This document shows, piece by piece, positions 54,257 to 64,000 of a DNA stretch of 64,000 nt. This DNA is from Planctomycetota bacterium (lineage in GTDB: Bacteria; Planctomycetota; UBA1135; UBA2386). The notes beneath the pieces are model-generated. The model did not search any database. It saw only the letters and a program-made list of their open reading frames with translations, and was not told where the DNA came from. A program made the translations under genes and the position numbers. The first letter of the stretch is position 1. Every line of letters begins with the position of its first letter. The stretch spans positions 15,676-79,675 of the forward strand of contig CANMWZ010000020.1 of the NCBI GenBank assembly GCA_947501605.1, written 5' to 3'.

Positions 54257-57200
54257 GTGAACCCGACCCGCACTCTACTCCTGCCGCTCGCGCTCGCGTT
54301 CTCGGTCGGCGAGCTCGCCGCTCAGACCACGCGCGCCGTGCCACAACCGCAGGAGTTCGTCACGACGCAGGACGACAGCCTGTTCAGTTTGACGCGCTCG
54401 CAGGAGGACGTGCACGAATGGGAACAAGCGCGCGAGGATCTCGCCAGCGGCGCCGTCGACAGCGCGGTCGAACGACTCCACCGCGTCTTGCAGCACGAGA
54501 TCGGCGGCACCGTCGCCATCGGCCCCAATCACTTCATCGGCCTGCGCCACGCGCTGGTGCTCGAACTCGCCAACCTGCCGCCCGCCGCCCAGCTGGCCTA
54601 TGAAGCGCTGGTGCGGCGCGACGCCGGTGCGCTGCAGGATCAGGACCCAGGGCTGCTGCGGACAGACCAGTTGCGCATGCTGGCGGAGCGCTTCCCCGCT
54701 GCCGCCGTCGGCCGCCGCGCGCGCATGCGCCTTGGTGACCTTGCGCTCGAATCCGGCCGTGGCCACGAAGCGGCCTCGCACTTCGCGCTGCTGCTGCAGG
54801 CGTCCCCAATCGGCAGCGATCTCGAAAAGTCCGCGCGATCGCGCCAACGCTGCGCCGACGCGCTGGTCCGGTCGGCAGCGCTGCGGATGCAGCAGGACCC
54901 GTCGCCGGAGCTGCGGGACATGCTCCTCGTGACGCCGCGCTCGCTCGACCAAACCGACTGGAAGGCGGCCGGCGGCGGCGGCGACGGCAACCTGCCCATG
55001 GTCAATCCTGCGGGCCGGCCGCAGCCGCACTTCGCCGACGCGCTACAGGCGACCGGCTTCGACTACGGCGGCGGCGGCACGTTTGCGATGCAGCCCACCG
55101 GCGGGCTCGATGGGCTGTTCCTCCACACCGGGCTCGAAGTGCTCGCCGTCGATCCCTTGCGCGGAGAGATCCTCTGGTCGTCGGCGGCGCCCCTGCGCGA
55201 ACTGAACGACGCGCGTGCGATCCGCGAGTACCCGCAGTCGATCAACCCAAACATGGTGCTCGCGCCGGCGCTCGCCGACGACGTCGTGGTTGCGGCCCTG
55301 CAAGTGCCCGACGAGTCGACGGCGGTTCGCTACCAGAACGCGTTCATGATCATGCAGCGCATGCCAGAGCGCCGCCTGTTCGCCTTCCAGCGCTCGACCG
55401 GCAAGATCCTCTGGTCCCACTATGACGGCCTCGGGGGCGCCGTCACCGCCCGTTTCCGCGGGCACGCTGCGAGCGGTCCGCCACTGATCGTCGGCGAGAC
55501 CGTCTACGCGCCAGTGCACGACCGCTCGGGCGCGATCGCGTTCTACGTCGGCGCCTACGACTTGCGCACCGGGCAACCGCGCTGGCGCCGCCTGGTCTGC
55601 AGCAGCCAGCAAGAAGTGAACATGTTCGGCAACGCGCGCCAGGAGTTCGCGGCCTCGCCGCTGTGCGCGAGTCAGGGCCTCATTCTCGGCGCGTCGAACC
55701 TCGGCGTTTGCTTCGCCATCGAACGCGACTCGGGGCGCCTGAGTTGGGTCACGTCGTACGACGTGGTCCGCATGCCGGCGGCGCAGTTGCAGGGCCAGGA
55801 AGCGCGCACCGTGTTCTTCCAGAACAGCCCCCCCGCGATCACGGATGGAGTGCTCTGCTGCACGCCACTCGACTCCGAACACGTGCTCGGCCTCGACGTC
55901 GAGACCGGACAGCTGCTGTGGCGCATTCCGCACCAGGCCAAGGTGAACGGCAACAACGATGTACGCTGGCTCTGCGGCGTGCTCGACGGCGAGTTCGTGT
56001 TGTCCGGCGCCGGCATCGTCGCCGTGCGAGCACGACCGGACGTGCCGTTCCAACGCACGCCACCGCTGCGCCAGATCCGTTCGCGCGACACCTTGTTCGA
56101 CGACGGTCAAGACGAGTTCCCGCGTCCGGCGGTGACCAACGACCGGATCTACGCACCCTCGGCCGACGGCATTCGCATTCTGGACCGCGCGGGCGAGGAC
56201 GTCTCGGACGCCTCGCCGCTGATGTTCAAGGCGCCGGGCAACCTACTGCTCGTTGACGGCATGGCGGTGTCGCTGCGCAACGGCGTCTTCGAAGTGCATC
56301 TCGATCTGTCGGCACTGCGCGCCCTCGCCGAGAAACGGCAGCAGGACTCGCCAAACGACCCGACCGCAATCTTGCGAGTATGCACCCTGTTGGGCGCCAC
56401 AGGCGCCACGGATGAAGCCCAACTCGACGGCCTTTACCGGCGCGGCATCGCCGCGGCCACCGCGCAAGGGCTGCCGCGCGAACATCCGCTGCATGCGACC
56501 TTCTTGCGCCGCCTGTTCGAGGCAGCCGTGCAGCGCGGCGAGCGCAAGAGCGGTCAGCAGGCGATCGACCTGCTCGTGGACGCCCGCGATCTCGCTCCGG
56601 ATCGTTCCGCATTTCTGCAAGTCGAGAGCTTGCTGCTCGACCGGTTGCGCGACGACCGCCCTGCGTTCCTTCGCGAACTCACGGTGCTGGAGCAACGCGC
56701 CAGCGGTGACAGCTTTGCGCTGCCGGAGGCCGGCGGGGTCGTGGAAGTCGATGTCTATGTTCGTTGGCGTCGCACCTTGCTCGAGGCCGAGCCGGCAAAG
56801 CAGGTCCTTGGTTGGCAACAGCTGCTTCAACTCCATCCGACCGCGATCCTGCAGCGCCGACGCGTCAGCGAACTGGCGCAGTCGCAGATTGCGCAGCTGA
56901 TCCAGAAGCATGGCGTTGCCGTCTATGCGCCGATCGAGAGCGAAGCGCGCGATCGGCTTGTTGCCGCTGGTTCGACGCCGGCGTTGCTGCGCGCGATCTG
57001 CGCTGAGTTTCCGCACAGCAACGCCGCCCGCGAGGCCGAACAGCGCCTGCTCGATGACGCGGTGCGCAGTGGCGACTTGAGCACCGCGATCGACGTCTAC
57101 GCGGCAGCCGCGCGCTCGGGCGACGTGTCGCCGAGCATCCTCCGCCGCGTTCTCACCGCCGCCGCCACCCGCGGCAACCGCACCCTCGCGGCGCGCTTCG

Positions 57201-58660
57201 CCGCGCGTCTCGTCAATGCCGCCGGTACTTCGGACTGGCAGGAAGACGCCGGCAAGCCGTTTGCCGACGTCGGCAAATCCCTGCTGGCCGAGTTCGAAGT
57301 GCCGCTGAAGTCGGCCGCACCAGAGCTGCCTGCGGATGTCGTTGCCGAACTCGAGAACCCGGCCCCGCCAGCTCCAGTTCGGCTGCTGCCGATCACGCAT
57401 GCACCGGGGTTTCTCGCTGCCGCAGATACGCCACTGTTCCTCGGTCTCGAAGAGCAAGTGCGCGCCATCGACCTTGCCGATCCAAGCCGGCCGACGTTGT
57501 TCGTGCACAAGAGCGGCGGCATCGACCGCCTCTGGCTTTGCGGCCGCACCTTGCTGGTGCCGAATCTCGAGCGCATCGACGCAATCGAGGCGCGAACGGG
57601 CGTTCTCCAGTGGCAACTCGCCATCCCGGACACCCTGCTGATCTGCCACGGCGTCGTCGCTGGCGTAGTCCTGGTGTCGCAGCGAGGGCCCGACGACCAG
57701 GTCCTGCTCGTCGGCATCGAACCACTGACCGGCCGTCAGCTGTTTGCTCGCAACATGCCGACCGACGAGTACGCGCCCCAGCCGCGCTCGTCGGCGGTCG
57801 ACCTGCTGACCCTGCGCGTTTTCGAAGGCGCCGCGCCGACGATCGAGCGCATCGACCCACTGACGGGACGCACGACTGCAGCGATCGAACTCGGACAGGC
57901 GGTGCTGGATGCGGCGCAAACCTCGCCCGAGGTGCTGAAGTCGCCGCTCATGCTGCAGCGCTTCTGCGCCGACGACACCCACGTCTACCTGCCGCTCGAC
58001 GGCTCGTTGTGCAAGACTGGCGAGCCGGCGGTGATCGCGCTGACCAACGATGGTTCGGTTGCCTGGCAATGGCACGGCGAACCCGGTCAGTCCATCGCGA
58101 TGGACGGCGTGCTCGGCAACCGCTACGCGATCGTCGCCAGCGGCGCGCCACCGCGAGCGGGCAAGCCGCAGATCGACGCCGCGGCGCTGGTGCTCGATGC
58201 GGGCACCGGCAAGGTACTGCGCGTGGCCGCCCTCGGCGCCGAGATGCAGGTGCTGAACTGGCGCCGCTTGCGTTCCGACTCGCCAGCACCAGAACGACTG
58301 CTGGTCAGCGACGTCGACCGCGACAGCGGCGATCGCCGCCTGGTCTGCGTGCCGGTCCGCGACGGCCTCGAGCCCTTTGCCATCTCCGCCGGCAGCGCCA
58401 ACGAGGACGTCGTGCGAACGCCGTGGTGCAGCAACGACCTGCTGGTCTACGCCACGCATTCGCGCCGTGCGACCGGGCCCGTTCGGCTCTACGCCCAGAA
58501 CCTCCGCGATCGCAGCAACGCCTTGCCGGGCGGGCGTAACAGCCTGATCCTCGCCGTGCCACCGCGCTCGGCCCATGAGTTGGGCACTTCCTTGGCCTAC
58601 ACTGTGCTGGTCACCGACACCCGAATCTTCGTGTTCGGTGGCGGCGAGAACTCCCGATGA
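54257..58660 (+). CDS. Large secreted PQQ-type beta-propeller repeat protein with TPR-like helical regions
   Basis: Signal peptide. Repeated A(Y/I)DxxTGxxxW blades (DPLRGEILW, RSTGKILW, DLRTGQPRW, DVETGQLLW, ARTGVLQW). Start trimmed to GTG 54257. Confidence 0.82.
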   Translation: MNPTRTLLLPLALAFSVGELAAQTTRAVPQPQEFVTTQDDSLFSLTRSQEDVHEWEQAREDLASGAVDSAVERLHRVLQHEIGGTVAIGPNHFIGLRHALVLELANLPPAAQLAYEALVRRDAGALQDQDPGLLRTDQLRMLAERFPAAAVGRRARMRLGDLALESGRGHEAASHFALLLQASPIGSDLEKSARSRQRCADALVRSAALRMQQDPSPELRDMLLVTPRSLDQTDWKAAGGGGDGNLPMVNPAGRPQPHFADALQATGFDYGGGGTFAMQPTGGLDGLFLHTGLEVLAVDPLRGEILWSSAAPLRELNDARAIREYPQSINPNMVLAPALADDVVVAALQVPDESTAVRYQNAFMIMQRMPERRLFAFQRSTGKILWSHYDGLGGAVTARFRGHAASGPPLIVGETVYAPVHDRSGAIAFYVGAYDLRTGQPRWRRLVCSSQQEVNMFGNARQEFAASPLCASQGLILGASNLGVCFAIERDSGRLSWVTSYDVVRMPAAQLQGQEARTVFFQNSPPAITDGVLCCTPLDSEHVLGLDVETGQLLWRIPHQAKVNGNNDVRWLCGVLDGEFVLSGAGIVAVRARPDVPFQRTPPLRQIRSRDTLFDDGQDEFPRPAVTNDRIYAPSADGIRILDRAGEDVSDASPLMFKAPGNLLLVDGMAVSLRNGVFEVHLDLSALRALAEKRQQDSPNDPTAILRVCTLLGATGATDEAQLDGLYRRGIAAATAQGLPREHPLHATFLRRLFEAAVQRGERKSGQQAIDLLVDARDLAPDRSAFLQVESLLLDRLRDDRPAFLRELTVLEQRASGDSFALPEAGGVVEVDVYVRWRRTLLEAEPAKQVLGWQQLLQLHPTAILQRRRVSELAQSQIAQLIQKHGVAVYAPIESEARDRLVAAGSTPALLRAICAEFPHSNAAREAEQRLLDDAVRSGDLSTAIDVYAAAARSGDVSPSILRRVLTAAATRGNRTLAARFAARLVNAAGTSDWQEDAGKPFADVGKSLLAEFEVPLKSAAPELPADVVAELENPAPPAPVRLLPITHAPGFLAAADTPLFLGLEEQVRAIDLADPSRPTLFVHKSGGIDRLWLCGRTLLVPNLERIDAIEARTGVLQWQLAIPDTLLICHGVVAGVVLVSQRGPDDQVLLVGIEPLTGRQLFARNMPTDEYAPQPRSSAVDLLTLRVFEGAAPTIERIDPLTGRTTAAIELGQAVLDAAQTSPEVLKSPLMLQRFCADDTHVYLPLDGSLCKTGEPAVIALTNDGSVAWQWHGEPGQSIAMDGVLGNRYAIVASGAPPRAGKPQIDAAALVLDAGTGKVLRVAALGAEMQVLNWRRLRSDSPAPERLLVSDVDRDSGDRRLVCVPVRDGLEPFAISAGSANEDVVRTPWCSNDLLVYATHSRRATGPVRLYAQNLRDRSNALPGGRNSLILAVPPRSAHELGTSLAYTVLVTDTRIFVFGGGENSR

Positions 58661-59814
58661 ACGACACCCGCACGACTGCGCGTTGCTGGCTCTTCTGCGC
58701 TGCGCTCGCCATGGCAACGGCGCTCGGCGGCAGCGTCGAAGCCCAGGAGCCTCGCCGCCGCACCGCGACCGACGATCATCTCGTCGACGCCGAGTTGCAG
58801 GCCGCAGTCGATCGCGGCCTCACCTACCTGCAGCAGTCACAGGCGCGCGAGGGTAGCTGGGACCAACTGGTCGGCTACAAGCTGAACAGCGACTACGAGA
58901 CCGTCGACAACCGTCAGCAACCGCACGTCGGGGTCACCGCGCTCGCTTGCATCAGCTTTCTCGCCGGCGGCCACCTGCCGGATCGAGGCAAGTATGGCGA
59001 CACCATCACGAAGGGCCTCGACCACGTGCTCGCATGCGCCCAGGACGACGGCCAGATCACCGAGAATGGCACGCGCATGTACAGCCATGCGTTCGCCACG
59101 TTGTTCCTCGCCGAGATCTACGGCATGTCGAACAACCCGCGCGTCAAGAACGTGCTGCAACGCTCGGTCAACCTGATCGTCGATTCGCAGAACGCCGAGG
59201 GCGGCTGGCGTTATCGCCCGTTCGCGCGCGAGTCCGACATGTCGATCACAGTCTGCCAGGTGCTGGCCCTCCGCTCGGCACGCAACGTCGGCATCCACGT
59301 ACCCGCGACGACGATCCGCAATGCCCAGAACTACGTCTACCGCAGTGCCGTGCGCAGCAACGAGCGCGGCAGCAGGCGGCCTTTCCGTGGCCAAGGCGGC
59401 TACGGCGATGACGGCGGCTCGTTTCGCTACCAGCTCAAGCCCCAGACGCGCGCGACCTTTCCACTCACTGCGGCTGGCGTCACGACGCTCTACGCCGCTG
59501 GCGAGTACGAGAGCCCGATCATCAAGGACGCGCTCGACTACCTGGATCGCGAGCTGTTCACGTTCAACGACCAGAACGACCACGGGCACTACTTTTTCTA
59601 CTACGGCCACTACTACGCCGTGCAGGCCTACTACATCACCGGCGGTAGCCAGTGGCGACGCTACTTCACCGAGGTGAAGTCGCGGCTCCTGCGCATGCAG
59701 CGCGCTGATGGCAGCTGGCCCAACGACGTCGGGCCCGGCCCCGCGTTTGGCACGGCGGTGGCGACGTTGATCCTGCAGATTCCCCTCCAGTACCTGCCAA
59801 TCTTCCAGCGCTGA
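58657..59814 (+). CDS. Secreted prenyltransferase/squalene-oxidase repeat (alpha/alpha barrel) protein
   Basis: QW repeats YLQQSQAREGSW, SQNAEGGWRY, MQRADGSW; MYSHAFATLFLAE; signal peptide. ATGA overlap with the upstream gene. Confidence 0.88.
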   Translation: MNDTRTTARCWLFCAALAMATALGGSVEAQEPRRRTATDDHLVDAELQAAVDRGLTYLQQSQAREGSWDQLVGYKLNSDYETVDNRQQPHVGVTALACISFLAGGHLPDRGKYGDTITKGLDHVLACAQDDGQITENGTRMYSHAFATLFLAEIYGMSNNPRVKNVLQRSVNLIVDSQNAEGGWRYRPFARESDMSITVCQVLALRSARNVGIHVPATTIRNAQNYVYRSAVRSNERGSRRPFRGQGGYGDDGGSFRYQLKPQTRATFPLTAAGVTTLYAAGEYESPIIKDALDYLDRELFTFNDQNDHGHYFFYYGHYYAVQAYYITGGSQWRRYFTEVKSRLLRMQRADGSWPNDVGPGPAFGTAVATLILQIPLQYLPIFQR

Positions 59815-59816
59815 AC

Positions 59817-62177
59817 GTGGCCGACCCCGCCGAGATCGAGACCGTCCCCCTCGCGACCGCATATGCGCGTCTCGATCCCAAGGCGGCGGCCTCGCTGTCG
59901 GGCTGGCTCGACCAGCTGCTGTCGAACCAACTCGCCCGCGTCCGCCGCCGGTTCTTCGTGCATGGTCTTGCGACCACGTTGTTGCTGCCCGCGGCCGTCG
60001 TGCTGGCCGCGTTCCTGCTCGACCACTTCTTGCGCCTGCCGTTGCCGATCCGAGTGTTCCATACCGTTCTGGCCATCGCGGCCTGCGCGGTCGCGACGTG
60101 GCGATTCTTGTGGTACCCGATCTCGCGCCAGTTCGTCGCTACCGACGTTGCCGTGCTCCTGGAACGCGCATTCCCCGAGTTGCACGAACGCCTCGTCTCC
60201 GCCGTCCAGTTGAAGGACGCGATGCAGAACGGCACCGATGGCGTGCTGCGCAACCAGTCCTCGGCGATGATCGAGCAGTTGCTGGCCGACACCGCCGCGG
60301 CCACGCAACGATTGCCGCTCGAACAGCTGTTCGTGCCAACCCGCACACGGCAACTGTGGAGCGGCGCGGTCGCGTTGCTCCTGCTGCTCGCTGGCGGCGC
60401 CGTAGCAATGCCAGATACCGCCAGCGCGTTCTTCTGGCGCCACATCGGCTTCGACGTGTCCTACCCCCGCGCGACGAGCCTCGTGGTCGAGCTGCCGCCG
60501 GCGAGCCCCGATTTGCAACGCGAGGATCGCGACCGCGAAACCGCGCTGGTGGTGCCGGCCGGCGCCGACCTTCAGGTGTCTGTCCTGGCAAACGGCGTGG
60601 TCCCGACAGAGGTCTTCCTCGAGGTCCTCGGCCAGGGCGGCGTGCAGCGCAGCATCGCGACGGCCCCGCGCCCCGGCTCGCGCTTCCGCTACGTGTTCCG
60701 CCGCGTGACCACGAGCTTCGAGTTCTTCGCTCGCGGCGGCGACGATGATGCCGGCGATCGCCGCGTCACCGTGCGCACGATCCATCCCCCGCTGGTGGCT
60801 CAGGTGAAGGCCGAACTGCGCGCACCGGCCTACACCCGCAAAGCCGTCGAAGTGCAGACTGGCGGAGCCATCGAGACGTTGATCGGCACCTCGGTGCAAG
60901 TCAGCGTGCAAGCCACCACTGGCGTCACCTCGGCGGCGCTCGTGTTCTTGGAGAGCGGCAAGCGCGTGCCACTGGTGCCACGTGCGCTCACCGACGATTC
61001 CGGCACGATCACGCTCCTGGTCGGCGACTTCACCGTCGAACAAAGCGATCGCTATCAGGTCGAGTTGATCGGGGACGGCGGCCTTCGCAACCCGAATCCA
61101 GGCACCTACCCGGTAACAGCACTGCAGGACTATGCGCCCGTCGGTCGCTGGCTGCAGCCGGACGACGAGGCGAACACGCCGCTGCTGCCAGAGGGCATCC
61201 TCTGTATCCGCGGCGAAGCCCGAGACGACTTTGGGCTGCTTCAGGGTTCGCTGCAGATCGACGCCGGCAACGATCGCACCACGCAGCGCGCGCTCGTGGC
61301 CCCACTCGCCGATGGCGAACCGCCGCTGTTGCAGTTGCTGTTCCTCGATCTCATCGAGCTGCGAGAGCTTCTGCCAGCTCAAGCTTCGACCGACGGCTTG
61401 TCGTTGCAACTCGAGCTGACCGACAACCGCGCTCCGATCGCCAACTCCACCCAGCTGCCCCGACGTCAGGTGCAGATCGTCGACCTGGCGCAACTGTCCG
61501 CCGCGATCGCCCGCCACTTCCGTTCCCTGCGCGAAGACGTGGAGCAAGCGCTCGACCTCCAAACGGATCGTCGGGCGCGACTCGCCGATCTGATTGCGGC
61601 GCAGCCCTCACAGAATGCCGCGACGGCGCAAGAACTGACCGCCATCGAAGTTGGCCAGGGTCGTGTGCAATCCGCCGCCGATCGCATGCTGCGCGGCGCC
61701 ATGCGCGCGTTCGACATGCACCTCTGGAATCGGCTCGACCCGAGCCCGAACGCCCCTGCGGTGGTCGAGTTCTATCGAGCGTGGCACCAGCAAAACGGCT
61801 TGGCAATCTCGTACCAGCCGGCCTTCTATCGCGAACTCGCGAAGCTGCGCCAACAGGGCACGATCGGGTCGCTCGACCAGAGCCTCGATCCGATCCTGCG
61901 CATGGTCTTGCTGACCGACCAGCTCAGCGAACAGCTCTCGCCGCCGCTGCTGCGCACGCTGGCGGAAGCGCAGGTTGCAGCCAACTCGGCGGATCTGCAG
62001 CAGTCGCTGCAGCGGGCAATCGCGTTGCAGGACAAGGTGCTCGCGACACTGCAGGACTTGCTGTCGCGGCTCGATGAGTGGAACGACTACCAGGACTTGG
62101 TGCAGGAGGCGCGCTCGCTGATCGAGAAGCAGCGCGACCTTCAGCACCGGACCGAACAGACAAGAGGCCGCAAATGA
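59817..62177 (+). CDS. DUF4175-like membrane protein (3 TM, Ig-like region, coiled-coil tail)
   Basis: TMs with LD..LP; ERAFPELHERLVSAVQL; PAYT; D..P..ARDDFGL; helical C-terminus. Confidence 0.75.
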   Translation: MADPAEIETVPLATAYARLDPKAAASLSGWLDQLLSNQLARVRRRFFVHGLATTLLLPAAVVLAAFLLDHFLRLPLPIRVFHTVLAIAACAVATWRFLWYPISRQFVATDVAVLLERAFPELHERLVSAVQLKDAMQNGTDGVLRNQSSAMIEQLLADTAAATQRLPLEQLFVPTRTRQLWSGAVALLLLLAGGAVAMPDTASAFFWRHIGFDVSYPRATSLVVELPPASPDLQREDRDRETALVVPAGADLQVSVLANGVVPTEVFLEVLGQGGVQRSIATAPRPGSRFRYVFRRVTTSFEFFARGGDDDAGDRRVTVRTIHPPLVAQVKAELRAPAYTRKAVEVQTGGAIETLIGTSVQVSVQATTGVTSAALVFLESGKRVPLVPRALTDDSGTITLLVGDFTVEQSDRYQVELIGDGGLRNPNPGTYPVTALQDYAPVGRWLQPDDEANTPLLPEGILCIRGEARDDFGLLQGSLQIDAGNDRTTQRALVAPLADGEPPLLQLLFLDLIELRELLPAQASTDGLSLQLELTDNRAPIANSTQLPRRQVQIVDLAQLSAAIARHFRSLREDVEQALDLQTDRRARLADLIAAQPSQNAATAQELTAIEVGQGRVQSAADRMLRGAMRAFDMHLWNRLDPSPNAPAVVEFYRAWHQQNGLAISYQPAFYRELAKLRQQGTIGSLDQSLDPILRMVLLTDQLSEQLSPPLLRTLAEAQVAANSADLQQSLQRAIALQDKVLATLQDLLSRLDEWNDYQDLVQEARSLIEKQRDLQHRTEQTRGRK

Positions 62178-64000
62178 ACCTGCCCTTCTGCCGCGCGACG
62201 TTGCTCTGGCTGCTATGCGCTGCGATGGTCCCTGCAGCGATCGCGCAAAGCGACGAACAGGATCCGCAGCAGCAACTCGAGCGGTTGCGCCGCGACCAGG
62301 ACGAGATCCTGCGCAAAGCTGGCCGACTCCGCGACCTGATGGACCGGCTGTTGCAGCGTTACACGCGCGAGAACAAGGCCGAGCAAGTCGACCTGTTGCA
62401 GAAGGGACTGCAGCACCTCGAGCGCTCCGGCCTGTTGAAGGACGTCGCCAGCATCCGCGACGATCTCGCCGCCAACGCCCTGTCCGATGCCTTGCGCAAG
62501 CAGCAAGAGGTCATCACGGACATCGAGCGCCTGCTCAACATCCTGCTGCAGCGTCGGTCGATCGAGAACCTCGAACAGGAGATCACGCAGCTCGGTGAAC
62601 TGGCCGACCGGATTCGCGAGGCAGAGCAGCGCCAGGAGCAGCTGCAAAAGGACACCCAACGCGCGACCGAGCGGGACCCCAGTGCCGACGAGCAAGCGAT
62701 CGACCAGCAACTGCAACAACTGGCGCGCGAACAGGCCAGCGAGGCGCAGAAGAACGCTCGCGCTGCGGGTACTCGCCGACCCTTCTTGGAGGATGCGCTG
62801 CGCAAGGTCGACGACCTCTTGCAGCAACAGCAGAAGCTCGAACGGCGCGTCGAAGCCGAGCAGACCGGCAAGGCCACCGACGCGCGGCAGCAGATGTTCG
62901 ATCTCGGCAGCATGCTCGAGCAGACGCGCGAGCTCGCGGCCGATGTGAAGGACCAAGCTCGCAAGCAGGACCTGCAGCAGGCTGCCGAGCAACTGGACCA
63001 GGCCGCCCAGAACGGCGACCCAAGCGCCATGCAGCAGGCGCGTGACAAGCTGCAGTCGCTCCTGCAGCGCGCGCCCCTCCGTCCGGACCGCATCGACGTG
63101 GCGGAGACTGGCCGCACATTCCAGGAACTGCGCCAGTCACTCGAGAACGCGCCTTCGGGCCAGACTCCAGCCGAGCGCACGCAACTGCAGGAGCTCGCCC
63201 AGCAGGCCAAACAGGCGGCAGCGGCCAGCGAACAACGCGAGAGGCCGCAAAACGCCGCCACTGCCGAGCAGATCGCCGCAGCCGGGGAAGCCCTGAGGCA
63301 ACAACTGGATGCCGCCGATCCGCGACCGGCGAGCGAGCGCAAACCCGGTGACGCGACGCCCGCCAGTTCGGTGCAGAAGGCGCAGGCTGAACTGCAGCAG
63401 GCCGCCGACCAGGCCCGAACCGGAGACGCGCAGAAGGCCCAGGCCAGCGTGCAGGCGGCACTGCGGTCCCTGGATGAAGCGCGCTCGCAGCAGCGCGAAC
63501 AGAATCCAGACGCACAACGCGTCGCCGACCAGATGGCCGCACAGGCAGACGCCGCCGAGCGCGACCTTCGCAACGCGCCGTCCGCAGAGAAGGCCGAGGA
63601 ACAGGCAGCGGCCGCACTCGCCAGCGCGGAGCAGGCTCTGCGGCAGGCGAGCCAAGGCCTGCAACAGCAACAGCTGGCCCGCGAAGGCAGCACGCAGGGA
63701 GCACAACCGCAGGGCTCAGAACCGCAGGGATCGCCGCCGCAGGTATCGCAACCACAGGGATCAGAACCACAGGGATCGCAACCACAGGGATCCCCGCCGC
63801 AACCGCAGCGGCCGGACGCCTCATCCCCTGCCACGCCAGAGCAGACGGCGACGCAACTGGAGCAGTCGCGGCAGGCACTCGAAGAAGCCAAGGCGACGCT
63901 CGAAGAGGCCCTGAAGGAATCCGGCAGCGACCGCGCCGCCGAGATGGCGCAGGCCAAGGAGCGGCAGCAGGAGCTGCGTCAACGGACAGGACAGGCCAAG
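62174..64000 (+). CDS. Large secreted Gln/Ala-rich coiled-coil protein, 3'-truncated by window edge (absent from the ORF track)
   Basis: ATG 62174 overlaps the previous stop (ATGA). Begins MNLPFCRATLLWLLCAAMVPAAIAQSDEQDPQQQLERLRRDQDEIL. Frame stays open to 64000. Confidence 0.82.
   Translation, partial: MNLPFCRATLLWLLCAAMVPAAIAQSDEQDPQQQLERLRRDQDEILRKAGRLRDLMDRLLQRYTRENKAEQVDLLQKGLQHLERSGLLKDVASIRDDLAANALSDALRKQQEVITDIERLLNILLQRRSIENLEQEITQLGELADRIREAEQRQEQLQKDTQRATERDPSADEQAIDQQLQQLAREQASEAQKNARAAGTRRPFLEDALRKVDDLLQQQQKLERRVEAEQTGKATDARQQMFDLGSMLEQTRELAADVKDQARKQDLQQAAEQLDQAAQNGDPSAMQQARDKLQSLLQRAPLRPDRIDVAETGRTFQELRQSLENAPSGQTPAERTQLQELAQQAKQAAAASEQRERPQNAATAEQIAAAGEALRQQLDAADPRPASERKPGDATPASSVQKAQAELQQAADQARTGDAQKAQASVQAALRSLDEARSQQREQNPDAQRVADQMAAQADAAERDLRNAPSAEKAEEQAAAALASAEQALRQASQGLQQQQLAREGSTQGAQPQGSEPQGSPPQVSQPQGSEPQGSQPQGSPPQPQRPDASSPATPEQTATQLEQSRQALEEAKATLEEALKESGSDRAAEMAQAKERQQELRQRTGQAK
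63695..63799 (+). repeat. In-frame 15-bp tandem repeat x7 encoding QGSxP
   Basis: Translates QGAQP-QGSEP-QGSPP-QVSQP-QGSEP-QGSQP-QGSPP. Confidence 0.85.

Noticed and set aside
58657..59814. Squalene-hopene cyclase / terpene biosynthetic cluster
   Set aside because: Too short, exported, lacks DxDD, and has no isoprenoid pathway neighbours.
63695..63799. Possible CRISPR array (also considered 15110-15153)
   Set aside because: Contiguous short units without unique spacers, in frame within a CDS or too short. No cas genes present.

Overview
GC-rich, gene-dense bacterial chromosomal window. Gene content suggests Planctomycetota (inference from the MoxR-DUF58-BatA/vWA-PQQ-prenyltransferase-repeat module, carboxypeptidase-regulatory-like repeat proteins and DUF1579). 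About 45 CDS are supported: tatD; a minus-strand type IV pilus operon (pilT-pilB-pilC-TPR-pilin); rsmE; a Gfo/Idh/MocA gene coupled to lutABC; two tandem Ig-like repeat membrane proteins; tryptophan 2,3-dioxygenase; a GCS2-CBS ligase plus M14 desuccinylase pair; slyD; a phosphoesterase-LamG lipoprotein; a methyltransferase; saccharopine/lysine dehydrogenase; a NupG-like permease; eno; an AttE/F/H-like ABC operon; a Cu(I)/Ag(I) RND efflux operon (cusB-cusA-TolC); and a MoxR/vWA envelope module of at least 16.7 kb that runs off the right edge. I saw no rRNA, tRNA, CRISPR array or transposase. The most notable features are: (1) a secreted Cys/Pro-rich leader ORF followed by a hairpin that hides a Shine-Dalgarno upstream of cusB, a candidate metal-sensing translational switch; (2) an inverted, stop-free second copy of the cusA 3' end on the other side of that operon; (3) the ligase-CBS/amidohydrolase pair; (4) the large MoxR-vWA-propeller-barrel module. 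All functional calls come from motif recognition by eye. No database searches were run.
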